Source: Lama glama (lineage: Eukaryota). From it: a stretch of 64,000 nucleotides of DNA. The stretch is taken from the NCBI GenBank assembly GCA_028534125.1, contig CM052817.1:75704001-75768000 (forward strand), read 5' to 3'. The translations under genes and the position numbers were made by a program. This document shows positions 50,620 to 64,000 of this stretch, one piece after another (position 1 is the stretch's first letter; each line of letters opens with the position of its first letter). The notes below the pieces were generated by a model. That model searched no databases. It had not been told where the DNA came from and saw nothing but the letters and a program-made list of their open reading frames with translations.

Positions 50620-51380
50620 ATAAGACATTATTAGAATGGGTAAAATTAAAATGTAACTGACCAAACCATTGATGGTGAGGACATGAGGAAACTACAACTC
50701 TGCTACATGGCTAGTGGAAATGCAAAATGGTAAAAACAAAACAAAACAAAATGACAACAACAAAACACACACACACACCCCCCACACAACACACTTTAGA
50801 AAAAAGTTTCAAAGCTTCTTAAAAAGTTAAATATATAATACAACTCAGTCATCCTGCTCCTACATAGACCCAAATTAAATAAAAACGTGTCCAAAGCTTT
50901 GTATATGGATGTATATGGCAGCCCTATTTATAATAACCCTCAACTGAAAGCAAATCAATATCCACCAACAGATGATTACTCATTTGTACACATTTAATGA
51001 AATACTGCTTAGCAATAAAAGAGAATGAACTATTGAAACATAAAAACATGGATGGATTTTTAAATAATTATGATAAATATAAAGAAATAGGGGAAAAAGT
51101 ATATAAAATTAAAACAATTTATATAAACACTAGAAAATGAAAAAAAAAAAGTCATGGCAGAAAGTAGGTCAGTGGCTACCTTGAGAATGGGACTTGGAAC
51201 AGGGGTGATTACAATGAGGTGCAAGGAAACTTTTGGGGTATAGAAATGTTCGTTGTCTTGGTTGTGGTTATGGTTTCAGGGTGTGTATTCCTTTGGGTCA
51301 AAATTGATCAAATTGTTCACTTTAAATATGTGCAGTTTATTGTAATGCAATATACTTCAGGTTGTTATTATTTTAAAATA
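50620..51380 (+). mobile_element. Old L1 3' end (L1MC/L1ME-like) containing (CAAAA)n and (CA)n tracts at 50733-50794
   Basis: ggctagtggaaatgcaaaatggta; agcaataaaagagaatgaactattg; gtcaaaattgatcaaattgttcactttaaatatgtgcagtttattgta. Confidence 0.75.
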
Positions 51381-52400
51381 TTATATTTAATGTCATTTTC
51401 CTTCAACTCTGAAGTGTTTAATTTGTAACTTTTTTTACGGGTTGCTGTTGAAAAGCTTAGTGTTATTTTGACTCTAGTTCCTTTTTAATTTGACTGTCGG
51501 TTCAAAACATTTTTTTAGAATAGTTAATTTTTATTTGATTCAATTACATTTACTTGAAATATGCCTGTGTGTGTATTTATAGGTTTTTTTTTGGTATTAT
51601 CTTGTTGATTTCTTTAACCTGAATTTCTGCATTTTTGCCTCATTAATATTGATGCTTTTGTTTTCATTATTAGCTTTTACTTGGTATTATTATTATTTCT
51701 AATTTTCTGAATAAATTCTTGTTCTTGACTTTTTAGCTCCCTAAATAGTTTTAAAGACTGCATCACATCCTATAACATATAACTCTGTTGATTAATTTCT
51801 GTTGATTTGTCTTCAAACATGTCATTTTCTTTTATGTTCCTATTTGAATACCTGATAGTTTATTTGAAAAAATATTTCAAATACTTTGAGATCTAAAATG
51901 GTATTTTCTTCCTCTAGAGGGAATTTTTGATTGCATCTATCAACACTAGATGTGATAACAGTCTCAGACCACCTTAGTGCTATTTCAGAGATTTATATTT
52001 TGTTCCTGGCAGGGCCCATGTAATTCCAATTCACCCTTGGTCCATTTGGTGTTGTAACTGAAAATTTAAAAGTTTTCCCAAGAAAACCATTTTTGCCTGA
52101 CCCTAGACTCCATTTGTTTTCTTCACTCCAGGAAGTTTTGAAAAGTGTTGTTTGTTGCTTGGTTTCTGTCACGCAGCTAATCTTTCTGAATTAGTAGACA
52201 TCTCCAAGAAAAGAATGAATCTTAATGCAGGTTTCACATCACTATTTGTTCTTTGTCTCTTAGATTTTGGTCCTGCAATTCTTTGTTGTCTTATTTGATC
52301 TCCAATTTTTCTTTTCTCCTCTTTTTCTCTCTCTAAGATTTCTAGTTGTTCTCATTGGTAGAATTAGTCATACTTTCTTAGCTCATCATTCATTACTAAA
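51380..52400 (-). mobile_element. Very old L1 fragments (low-resolution call)
   Basis: T-rich strand bias and degenerate reverse-complement L1 words (gttgctgttgaaaagc, ttttcttcctctagaggg). Confidence 0.4.
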
Positions 52401-55400
52401 TATTAAATCTCTGTAAGTGGATGACTTCATTTTAATTTACATTTGACCAATTTAGGAAGTTAAACTTCAATCTCAAAACTAGTAACAACAAAACTTAAAA
52501 ACAAAGGGTAGAGTATATAAATTTCAAATTTTACTTTAAAGTAAAATAAACATATTAAATTTTAATAAACTAAAGCAAGTTATCTGTCAATTTAACTGCT
52601 TTTCTGTAGTGCCTATAACAATTATTACAGACTTGGTAAAGGGCAATTAAATGATTGCTGCTAAGATTCATTCTCCTCCATGTATTAAGACACAAGTAAA
52701 TTGAAACTCTTCTTTTCCAATACTAAAGAAAAAAATAACTCCACTCTACCACTTGCCAACTGTTATAACAGCAATGTGTGCCCTAGGCAGTCTTAAACTT
52801 ATTTCTTGATATATTTAAATGTATCCATATAACATATTAAATTTTAATGCTTGCCATGAATTTTTGAAAATATTTTAACACTTGAACTTTAAAATAATAT
52901 CACCATAAATGACTCTATAGTTTTGAAAATATAATAAAAATCTATATGTGCAAGATGATATTTTTAAACATTCAAACATTTATTTATTTTCACTTAAAAT
53001 TTTACTTGATATTCTAGAGCCAATACTTTTTTTTTCCTTTAGGGCTTAATGTGTAAGTACCTTAAAATTGAATGGTAATATATTTTCTTAATTTGAATCT
53101 AATAATTGCTATAAGTTTAAAATTTCTTAACAGGAAAATGAACTCTGAAGAAAAAAAAAAAACTCATTAAAAGTTGTATCTCACATACTATCCCAGCAGT
53201 GAAATATGCCAGTCACTCAGATTTATAGTACTTTGGCAGCTATGTTTTAGCTGTCTTATAGACATTTTTCATTAAACTATCTCAGAATGATTTCTGTTAC
53301 AACTGATGCTTGATTGACAGTAGTTACCCTTCTCTTTTAAAAATCCTAATTCTAACAACCATTTTTAATAAACATCTGAACACAAAATATACTTGGTCAG
53401 TGATCCCAGTAAATTATATCAGGATTGACATCATCATAATTCTGTTTAACAGAAGATATGTTTAATCAGGAAACATTTGAAGAGAAACTTAAATGTTGGG
53501 AAATCTAAACCAGCTTTTAAATGAAACTATTTCAAAAATATCAATTCTTCATTTTTAAACACTTTTAAAAAGTAGTCTTTTGATGATGGAATTAAGTTTC
53601 AAGGGTACAAAATAAATTATGTTAAATGCCCATTAATTTGCTTTATTTTCTAGTGACCACAGTTGTGATAAATGATAGGTACTGATGATGGTAACATAAT
53701 ATTTGAGTTTGATTATTCAACTTTATCCTTGGTCTTACATTTCTGGATGATATCTTAGTATGTCTATCTTTGATATTATAAAATACTTAATAGAACATAT
53801 TATGTTACTGTTTCATTATATAAATGATTCTCTTAGTCAGATGTACTCTAGGAAATTTATTTTTCCATAATGTAGGCATTGTTATCCATATGTGTATGCA
53901 CACATGCACATTTCTGTGTGACTTCACTTTTACTAATGTCTTCCAGGTTTTGACACATAATACATCTTTATAATAAATGTATATGATTTTTCCATGCAAA
54001 GACATTTTTCATATCAAGGTAAAGTTACTATTTTGCAACATTAAAGATAGAATTTACATTTTTATTCTATAAAATAATACATGATATATCCTATAATGTG
54101 GATCTATTAAAGTATTAGAGGATGTCAGTCTTTTTTTTAACCAAAGCTCTATTTGAATTATAAAGTAATATAACCTTACTCTATATTACCATGTCAACAG
54201 TGATTTTTCAATGGCTTTTTAAATTTTAAGCTTAAAATTTTTGAACAGATTTTTGTATTCCTGTGGTGGAAGTTTGAATGTGCTCTTACATCTCTACCAA
54301 CTTTAAAAGAAAGTTACTTGTTAAAAAGTAAGACAACTTATTTTTCCTCTACTTAAATATGTATGAATTTAAAATCAAACATACCTTTTCATACTAGAGA
54401 AATTGTTAAACAACCCTTTGGAATAGTAATACACACACAGATTGAAGTTCTAAAAAAATTATGTGAAAATTCTTAAACAGACAGCATATACATACAAAAT
54501 ATGGTTGTTTAGAATTGAATCATTTTGTCTGAATTACTTACTTACCTATACTATATTTATTTACATTATATAAATAAATATAGCCAAATGTAATAAAAGG
54601 AATAGCTTACTAAATTTATTATTTTATTCAAGGAAATTGGTTCCATAAATATTTTGGTTAGCAAACAGATTGTTATTGTAAGGAACTATTGAATCTCCAC
54701 AGCCAGTCTTAATGAATTCAGTACATTTTAGCTGCTATTAATCTTATATATACAGTGCTTCAAAATATGCAGTGAATAGCATAGATTTCAGGTTATTAGA
54801 GCAAGGTAGCAAAATAACCAGTGAGTCATATAACCTGATTAGCTCTGGGTAATCACCCAAAGTGGCTACGGCATTAACTAAAAAATAATGTTGGTTCATT
54901 TAGTCTCTTATAAATTTAAAAACACTTGCAAGATTAAAGGAATGTACCTTTCAAAGCAAAATAATCAAATCCATCTATTTTGTCATTTTGATGCCATTTA
55001 TTCACTGATGCTGATAATTTTTTTTTAGAAACTCTGTCAGCGTGACTGTAAGATCAATGCCAGGGAGGTATTTTGTTTACTGTTTAACCTCCATTTCCCC
55101 TAGATTGGGAATTTTAATACCTATGGCAGTTGCATATGACTCTTGACCTGGTTGAAAGTTAAAGGGCAAATAAAAGAAATTGGATAATGTCATCAAACAT
55201 TCTCATCAGAAGACTGATTGATTAATTAAAGCATGGTAGGGTGCACTACAATTAAACCTCATCTATGTATTTGGTTTTATTTAAATCAGAATCAACTGAA
55301 AAATATTAATAAAGCCTAATAATAATTGCTTACATTGTTTAATGCTTTCTGATTTTCAAGGTACTCTGACACGTTAGTCAATGAATTTACTAACAATTCA

Positions 55401-55689
55401 GCAAAAAATTGAATTAAAAATAATACTACAGATCACTCTGCTCCTTCCAACTACAGGTAACTGATGTTAAATTCTCTACAAGGAGAAATTAACTCTAATA
55501 TTACATATTATATTAGAGCTCTTCTACTGGCGTTAAATGTACTCTTAGTATTTTCACACACAAATAAGAGCCAAAGACAATAAGAAATATTTATATTTAA
55601 ATGTTGACATTTATAACAAGATCAATTTCCACTTTTTAAATCCTTAAATTTAATGCAGATCGTAGTATAGGGTTGGCAGTCATCATGCT

Positions 55690-55900
55690 TTATATGAGTT
55701 ACCGTTTATTGAGCATCTGTTATTTGCTAGGCGCCTTTTATGTTATCTTTCATTTTCAAAACATGAAAGCAAACAGGTATTATGATTTCTATTGTATAGG
55801 TGAGGAACTTAAATAGATTATGATATGTGTCCCAAGTTACAGAAAATTAAATAAATAAACTGTTTCCTGTGAAGCTTGACCAGCGATTAAGCCCCTAGCA
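55690..55900 (-). mobile_element. MIR SINE
   Basis: ccgtttattgagcatctgttatttgctaggc...tattgtataggtgaggaact...gtcccaagttacag. Confidence 0.65.
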
Positions 55901-56112
55901 TCTCTACTGAATCAATTTGCCAACAAATTATTTTCATATTGTTTACTTATCTTATGAATGCAAGACTTCTCAACTGATAGAAAGTAACAGTTGCTAGAAA
56001 TAATTTGCCTATACTTTGCAGATAAAGAAACATTTGAGATTGCTGTCTTTTAAGGGTCAGAGTTCCATGATCAAAGTGGCAAAACAAAATGTCCTCTTTT
56101 TCTTTTCAAACC

Positions 56113-56235
56113 TGCTGTTAAAAATTAAATACATAATTAATGCAGCTTAAAAATGCAAAAGGTGTTCTGGCCAAAGTTGTTTCTTTGAACATTTAGATTA
56201 TTTTTGTTCCAGAACATCTTAAAAAGTGTGTAATG
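56113..56235 (+). repeat. Source copy of a 123-bp inverted duplication
   Basis: Its reverse complement matches 62707-62829 at 121/123. Confidence 0.95.
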
Positions 56236-57039
56236 TTCTCTTTAATAAGAAATATTTCGAAAACACTGCTTTAGACCCATTATGCCTTATATATATATAT
56301 ATTCCTCTACTAATTCCATTTGCCTCCCAAGCTCCATTAAATGCTTGTCATACCCTCACATCGTGTATTGCTCTAACAGATGCCAGGCAAGCTGGAGACA
56401 GGCAAAGTATGTAGCTTTGAAATGCAGTGATTAAAACATTGATCCACCAGGAAGTCAATGTTCATATTGGGGAAATAATCACTTAATTTTTAGTTTTGAC
56501 AATGTTTGGATTCTTGAGTTACTGTCCACGTACTAGACAAGATAAACATGCAACTTTTGTACAACATGTTGTCAACAAGCTCTTGGAGTTAATATGGACT
56601 TATAAGCTTACTAGACCCAAGAATGTTTAATCATATTTTATACATATTATGGCCCATTTAATAAATCTATCCTCCAGGTCTGTATATTGTGAACCATACA
56701 ATGTTTTATTTCCCAGGAATTTTAAGATTTTTAATTGATTTCTTATACCTAGAAATCAAAAGTTCTAACAAAAAAAATCTAAATTTCTGCTTTCCCTTGA
56801 AAATTCAGAAATCATAGTATACATGGTCCAACATTTTGGCATGATAAAAACTGACTGAAAAGAATAACATATTCTGCCTTTACAGAGAGCATATATGATC
56901 CAGGTCTCCCTAGACCTCTATCTACCACTATCTATTATATATATATATATATATGTTTTCCTTAATTTATTTATATTACTTGTCTTACTAAGAAAAAGAT
57001 CACTTATGTTTGGGATTCATAAAGCAGAGTAGAGCAATA

Positions 57040-59700
57040 AGTTAGCCCCAGATGAAGCTTCCTCTGTACCCATCATAACAAAACTTAAAAGTAAGACTTG
57101 AAAGGTTACAATCAATTCTAACTAAACTGAACACTAGAAAAAGTCCAAAATTTACACAAATACAACATATTCCAGCACTCAAAGGTGTAGATTTTGTAAT
57201 GTCTAGCATGCATTTAAAAATTACTAGGCTTAAAAAAATTACTAGGCTTGCACAGGAACAGGAAAATATGATTCTACCAGAAACAAAATAAATAAATAAA
57301 AATGTATCCATAAATGAAAGAGAAGAATGAATAATTAAATTAAGACATAGAGTCAATAAGCTAGTAGTTAACATGAAGTGGACTTGTGAAAAAAATAGTT
57401 TATTAAAAATAGGAAAAGAAGAAGCAAAGCAACAGAAAGACAAATTGGCCAAGTGTAAATGAGATAACAAGTTGAAAGATACACACATATCATATTCAAA
57501 TTACATTAAATTGAAATGATCTAAATAGACCAAATAAAAACCATATATTTTTTAGCTTTGATTAAAAACACTGACCACACGTTATAATCTCTATACTATA
57601 CATACACAAATTGAAATTATACCTGTTGTACTTCTGAACACTAGCAGCAATGAATAGTTGAAAATTAAAATTAAAAGCCATATAATTTACAATAGCATTG
57701 ACATTATCTAATTGTTAAGAGGAAATTTAATAATATATGCATAAAACCAGTTCACTGAAAACTACATATAATTGCTGAGATGAATTTAAATAATTTAAAT
57801 AAGTAAGAGAAATAGCATGTTCATAGATCGAAAGTCCTAATGTTATAGGATATAAAGCCTCCTCAATTTGATATATAGAATCAATAAAATACCATTCACT
57901 ATACCATTATGAGCATAATGGTTTTATAGCAATTGACAAATTGATTCTAAAGTTTATAAGAAAAACAAAAACCTGAAACTGAGAGAACACTATTAAAAAA
58001 TGAGGAAAAAATGAAATTAAATAATCAGATTTCAAGTTTTATCGAGAAGCTACGAAGAATTAAGTATGGTGTTTCTATAAAAATAGACAACTGTATCAAT
58101 GAAACAAGTTAGAGATTCCAAAAATAAAGCCCCCCCCACACATATATAGTCAACTGATTTTGTAAGGTGTCTGTGTAACTCAATGGGTGTACAAGATAGT
58201 TTTTTCAATGAATGCTGCTATACATCCCTACGGAAAAAAGAATGTCCAAGTTCACTTCAAAAACATATGAATATTAACTTCAATATTAATCTCAATGTAA
58301 GAGGTAAAACTTCGAATTTTTTCTAAGACCTGATGACATTTTTGTGTTCTTGGGCTAGACAGAGAATTCTTAAAACACAAGAAATTGAATGTATAAAAAA
58401 ATGATGATTTGACTTTATCAAAATGTTTAAAGTTTGCTATTCAAAAGCCACAGTTAAAAAGATGAAAATGCAATTCACAGAGAAAATATTGTAAAACATA
58501 TATCTGACTCAATTCTTTATCCGGAATATGTAATTTATTCTAAATATCAACAGTAAGAAAGCAATTCAATAAACAATGACCAAAGAATTTGAAGTTTCTC
58601 TACTAAAGAAGATATACAAAATTTAATAGTACCAAGGGGACATGAAAAGATACTCAATATCATTAATCATTTAAGAAACACGAAGTAATACTTCAGGTAT
58701 TGCTACACATTCACTCTATTGTCTAAATTTTCAAAAAGCTTAAATTACCTAATGATGAAAAGAATGAAAATTATCTGGAACTATTCATGGTATGAATACA
58801 GAATGTTGCATTTATTTTGAACAACAGTTTGTCAGTTTCTTAAAATGGTGAACAAAAACTTCATGCAATCCAAAAATTCTACTTCTGAAATTTACAAACA
58901 AAAAATGTATCTAAAAAAGGACTATTAATTGAATGTTCTTAGAACCTCTGTTTATAAAGACAAGACAAATAAACTGAAAACAAAGATAAATATAGAAATA
59001 TTATATGATATATATCCAAGAGAAGTAAAAACGTGTCTACAAACAAAATTTATAAATGAATATTTACAGCAGTATTTTTCATAAAAGCCAGTAAGTGGAA
59101 ACAACCCTAATGTCCATTAACTGATAAATGGATAAATAAAATGTGATCTGTATACTTGGAAACAAAAAGAAATAAAGTACTGATATATGCTACAACATGG
59201 TTGAATCTTGTCAATTCTAAGTGAAAGAAGCCAGTCACATGAGTACATACTGCATGATTTCATTTATATAAAATGTGAAAAATAGGCAAATCTATAAAGC
59301 TAGAAAGTAGCTTGCTGGTTGCTGAAACATGAGTGAGCTAGAAGATGGGTTGGAGGCAATTAAAGAAATGAGGTATTTCTTTTGGAGGTAATGAAATGTT
59401 TTAAATTGTTCGTGGTGATGGTTAAACAATTCTGTAAATATACCAGAAGACCAAAAGTCACTGAAATGGGTGCATTCTGTGATATGTAAAGTGTATCTCA
59501 AGTGTTAAAAAAACTGGAAGCAACCAAAGTATCTATCAATGGTTAGATGGATAGACAAGTTTGGGATTACTTATATTTGATTTAATATACAGTCACACAC
59601 CTGTAACATTTTTCAATATTTATCTAATTGTAGACTTAAAAATGTTACTCTTTAAATTATGCCTTCATAAAGTGGATTTTAAAATGCCATTTAAATAATA
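57040..59700 (+). mobile_element. Old L1 (L1MD/L1ME-like) with a nested L1MB-like 3' end at about 59000-59510
   Basis: Degenerate ORF2 words in order (cactgaaaactac, catgttcatagatcgaaag, aattgacaaattgattctaaagtttata, catatatagtcaactgatttt). Nested 3' end: gtggaaacaaccctaatgtccattaactgataaatggataaataaaatgtg...ctaagtgaaagaagccagtcaca. Confidence 0.75.
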
Positions 59701-61629
59701 ATAAGATAAAATATCCACATATTCATTTTCATATTCAGCATCAAAGTTTAATTTTATGCATTCTTCAGTGAGATTACTACCCTGCTGAGGTCGCTGTAGC
59801 CTTCATTAGCCAGAAAAACTGTTCACAGTAATGCAAGTTTTTGTTGTTGTTGTTTGTTTTGTTTGTTTTCCTGTTAGAGACTCCTGGTAACTTCTAACAT
59901 GGAAATATTAGAATTAACAAGATAGTCACAAAGCATGTTGGAGAATATGTGTGGCTTATATCAATTTCCTATTGAACATACTCTGTTATTTAAGATTTTA
60001 ATTTTCTGTCTCTTTTATTTAGATACATATTGCTGATAATTAACTTCTCTTGAAGGCCAACTTGTATTTTAACAGATACTCAGCACCTCATTAACAGTCT
60101 TTCAAAATCATTCTCACATCTTTCCTAGCTCTGACCTCTACTAAGACATTGACAATTTTTATAGCGATGGAAGCAAATACATCAACTGAATTAACAATAA
60201 AACAAGCAGATGCCTCTGATGTTTGGCTAGTTCACCTAAACAAAAGCAATAAATTCCCACTTTATCCTCTGCCTGTCAGTGAGGAAGTTATGTGGGAGAG
60301 TTAAGTAATCTAATTTCAAAGATGTAAAAAAATACGTAGATTTGAGTTGAGAAAATACAGTATCATCATTATATTACAAATGAACAGGTTGATATTTAAA
60401 GATATAAAGGGTCTTGTTGGGTAATAGCACAAGAAAATGCTGAAATCAATCTTTCAGCACAGATCTATCTCATAATTCATTTTCTTTATTTTGACATCAT
60501 ATTGCCAGATATTTACTTAGTAAAATGAGATAGAACCTTGCTAAGATTTATACTATTTACTTCATAAATTGTCTGTTCATCCTCTGTGTGCTTTTTAGAA
60601 ATACTAGGAATGAATAAATCAAGTCTAGACTAAAATTAAGGTGTACAACATTGTTCAATTTGATGCATGTCAATTATTAAAAGAAAAGATCCATTGTACA
60701 TATTCAAGGATGTAGTTGTAGTAATCAGAATGTTTTCCTTCCAAATATATTTATGCATTACTATACATGGAATATTTTCACTTTCCTTTAAAATATTAAA
60801 AATAATCACCAGCAAGAAGCAATATTCTGCAGAGTATCAATCTGTTACTTAATCTATGCTGCTGTAAAATATGTTACTTATTTATTTTTTCTAACTTAAA
60901 AAAAGATTTATATTTATTTCCTAACAGTTATAAAAGGATACTAAACCATAGTGTTGGAAAATCTCTCTGAGAAAAATCGAAACTGCTTTAAAAAAAAAAC
61001 ACACCTCAAAAAACACTGAAAAAGAATTTAGCTAGTCTCTGTGAAAGCTGTATACTGTGTCTCTTGACTCCAGATGCTCTTTATGGATTTAAATTTCTAC
61101 CTTTGCTTACATGAAAAAATGGACTGAGCAAGTCATTTGGTATTGAAAACGAATCTTCTTTCTTATAACAGACACTTCCTGTCATTCAAATACTGCACCT
61201 ACTTTTTCATTTATAGTGCTATTTTATTTTTTCTTTTGGCCTTGCAGAGAGATGAAATGCTAGTGTATAAAAACAACAAAATACCTAGAATTGGATTTAA
61301 AGCAAAATTTTAAATGTAAAGAAAATGCAGAAAATGCAGTTAATTCCTTTTTATTAGTTAACTTTAGTAAAATAAACAATGGTGATGTTTCCAGGCTTCT
61401 CAAGATTTTTTTTTTAATCCTCTTATTCTGTGCTTAGAGTCCTTCTTTTGGTCTAATATTAGGTTTTTTACACAAGACAACTAAGTTTTTTTTCCAATAT
61501 AATGAACAATGTTCTGGGATATGGAAAAATGATAATAGAATGGTTAGGAAATAAGCAATATGAATTGTTTTCCAACTTTAAGGTGCTAAATTTCTTTAAC
61601 ATGTTCAGCAGTTTTTTGGCAGTGTTTAT

Positions 61630-64000
61630 ATCTAGATGGTTTTTAATATCATTCATCCTTTGTATTGTCTTTTTATACTTTATATTTATTCCTATGCTGA
61701 TCTTTGCTGTTTTTTTCCTTCTACTAATCTGGGGCTTCATTTTTCCTTTTTTCCTAGTTTCTTTAGGTGGAGAGTTAGATTGTTTATTTGGGATTTTTCT
61801 TGTTTCTTGAGGGAGGACTGTATGTGTATAAACTTCACACTTGAACACTTTTTGCTATATCCTATAGATTTTAAACTGCTGTATTTCCATTTTCATTTGT
61901 CCCAGGTATTTTTTAAAATTTCTCCTTTGATTTTTTCATTGACTATTTGGTTGTTCAGTAGCATGTTATTTAATCTTCACATATTTATGATTTTGTCCTG
62001 GTTTTATCCTGTACTTGATCTCTAGTTTCATACCATTTTGGTCAGAAAAGATGCTTGATATGTTTTCAGTCTCCTAAAGTTTATCAAGACGTATTCTGTG
62101 ACCTAACATATGATTTATATTGGAGAACATTCCATGTGAACTTAGAAAGAATATGCATTCAGCTGCTTTTTGATGAAGTTTTCTATGTCTATTAAGTCCC
62201 ACCGATATAAATGTGTCCCTTAAGTCTGATTTTCCATTGAGCCAAGTGGGATACCAAAGTCCCAAACTATTATTTTATTGTTGTCATTTTCTTTCTTTAG
62301 GTCTTTTAACATTTGCTTTATATATTTAGGTGCTTCTATGATGAATCCACAAATATTTAGACGTGGTATATACTCTTGTCTGATTTAACCCCTTTTTCAT
62401 CATGCAATGTCCTTCTTTGGGTGTATTTTTTTTTTTTTTTGCATTCTGTGTTTTGAAGTTTATTTTGTCTGATAAGTGTAACTGCTCCAGATTTTGTATT
62501 GTCATTTATATTTAATTTTTTTCCATCCTCTCACTTTTAGTCTATGTATATCTTTAGATACAAGTGAATTTCATGCAGGAAACATAGAGATGGGTATTTT
62601 TAAAAATTCATTTAGCCACTCTATGTCTTTTGACTAGAAAAATTAATCCATTTATATTTGCAGTTATTACCAGTAGGCATGTACTTATTGCCATTTTGTT
62701 GTGTGCCATTACACACTTTTTAAGATGTTCTGGACCAAAAATAATCTAAATGTTCAAAGAAACAACTTTGGCCAGAACACTTTTTGCATTTTTAAGCTGC
62801 ATTAATTATGTATTTAATTTTTAACAGCATGGTTTTTTGTGTGTCTACTATAGATTTTTGAATTGTGGTTACAACGAGTTCACATATAACATGATATATA
62901 CTCATACATATGCATATATATGCATGCATATACATGTAAGTCTATTTTAAGTTGATAACAACTTAAGTTGAATGAATTCTAAAAACTCCACATTTTTATT
63001 TTCCCTTTGTATTCTGTTTCTGGTGTCATATTTTACACTTTTTAATTCTGTGTGTCCCTTAACTAATTATTATTGATAATTTTACAAGTTTTATCTGTCA
63101 ACCTCTATCTTAGTTTTATAAGTGGGTAATCCACTACTGTTACTGTATGTTTGCCTTTGCCAGTGAGATTTTTACTTTCATATGTTTTCTTGTTACTAGT
63201 TAGTCCCTTTCCTTTTCAACTAAAGAGAGGACTCTTTAACATTTCCTATAAGGCCAGTTTAGTCTTGATGAACTTTAGCATTTGCTTGTCTGAAAACTCT
63301 TTCTCTCCTTCAACTGAGAATGATAACCTTGAAGTTTAGAGTTTTCTTGGTTAGAGGTTTTGTTTGTTTGGTTGATTTTCCTTTCTGCATTTTTGACTAT
63401 ATATGCTACTCCCTTCTGGCTTGCAAAGTTTCAGCTGAAATACCAGCTTATAGTTTCCTGGAGATTCCATTGTCTGTGACAAGTTGTTTCCTTCTTGCTT
63501 CTTTTAAGATGTTCTATCTATAACTTCTGACATTTTAATTATCATATATCTTGGTTTTAGATCTCTTTTTGTTCATCTTTTTTTGAAAATCTGATGCTGA
63601 ATGTGTTTCCTTCTTCAGGTTAATGAAGTTTTCAGCTATTATTTCTTCAAATAAATTTTCTGCCTCTTTCTCTCTTCTTCTTTTGGACCCCTGAAATGTA
63701 AAAGTTGTTCCACTTGGTGTGATGCCATTGGTCCATTAACTTATCTTTATTTCTTTTTTTCTTTTTGCTGCTCTGTTTGGGTAATTTCCACTTTCCTGTG
63801 TCCAGATCACTGATCTGTTCTTCTACTTCATCTAGTCAGTCATGGAAGCTTTCTAGTACATTTTCTGTTCAACTATTTTGTTCTTCAGCTCTGGGACATC
63901 TGTTCAATAAATACTTTCTTATGCTATGTAACTGTTTTAGACATTCTCACTATGTTCCTTTACTCTTTCCCTAGTTCAATGAACATCTTTATGATTATTA
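61630..64000 (-). mobile_element. L1 segment (ORF1, inter-ORF and ORF2 endonuclease), decayed, runs off the window
   Basis: ORF2 start on - at 62694: MAISTCLLVITANINGLIFLVKRHRVAK*I, matching the L1 endonuclease N-terminus. FFLSSHGMFSNINHMLGH in track ORF 62074-62265. ORF1-region words (cccttctggcttgcaaagtttcagctgaaa) at about 63410-63440. Confidence 0.85.
62707..62829 (-). repeat. Inverted 123-bp copy of 56113-56235 inserted in L1
   Basis: Base-by-base comparison gives 121/123 identity; non-L1 sequence interrupting the L1. Confidence 0.95.

Noticed and set aside
53311..53320. Exact PBX/PREP decamer TGATTGACAG
   Set aside because: A single 10-mer in 64 kb is not far from chance, and there is no supporting context.
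61468..62025. 102-129 aa ORFs
   Set aside because: Overlap a decayed L1 ORF2 endonuclease/linker region; the hydrophobic plus-strand ORFs reflect T-rich antisense L1.

Overview
Mammalian, very AT-rich, CpG-depleted non-coding DNA, either a gene desert or a large intron. A Vic-1-type tRNA-derived SINE at 31966-32117 points to a camelid (alpaca, llama or camel). I recognise no host protein-coding exon, structural RNA gene or CRISPR array. The long ORFs in the track are broken L1 ORF2 pieces, read-through across a 500-N gap, or chance ORFs in repeats. The window is a layered transposon record: two young, related L1 copies in opposite orientation; several older L1s; an ERV-L fossil with readable integrase and dUTPase; a two-LTR MaLR element; many solo LTRs; hAT and Tigger DNA-transposon relics; MIR and L2. 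I found no convincing new biological system. The most notable observations are structural. (1) A 123-bp, 121/123-identical inverted copy of local unique DNA (56113-56235) sits in an L1 just upstream of its ORF2 start codon (62707-62829). (2) A TSD-bounded 1.7-kb L1 is made of the 5'UTR fused directly to the ORF2 tail and 3'UTR (42978-44665), a possible non-autonomous family. (3) A 31-nt opposite-strand L1 RT patch lies inside an older L1 (13616-13646). (4) There is a likely mini 3' transduction at 30282-30305. (5) A G-quadruplex motif nearly identical to the c-MYC Myc22 oligo lies inside an LTR. Repeat subfamily names come from recalled consensus sequences and need RepeatMasker/Dfam confirmation; boundaries of old repeats are approximate.
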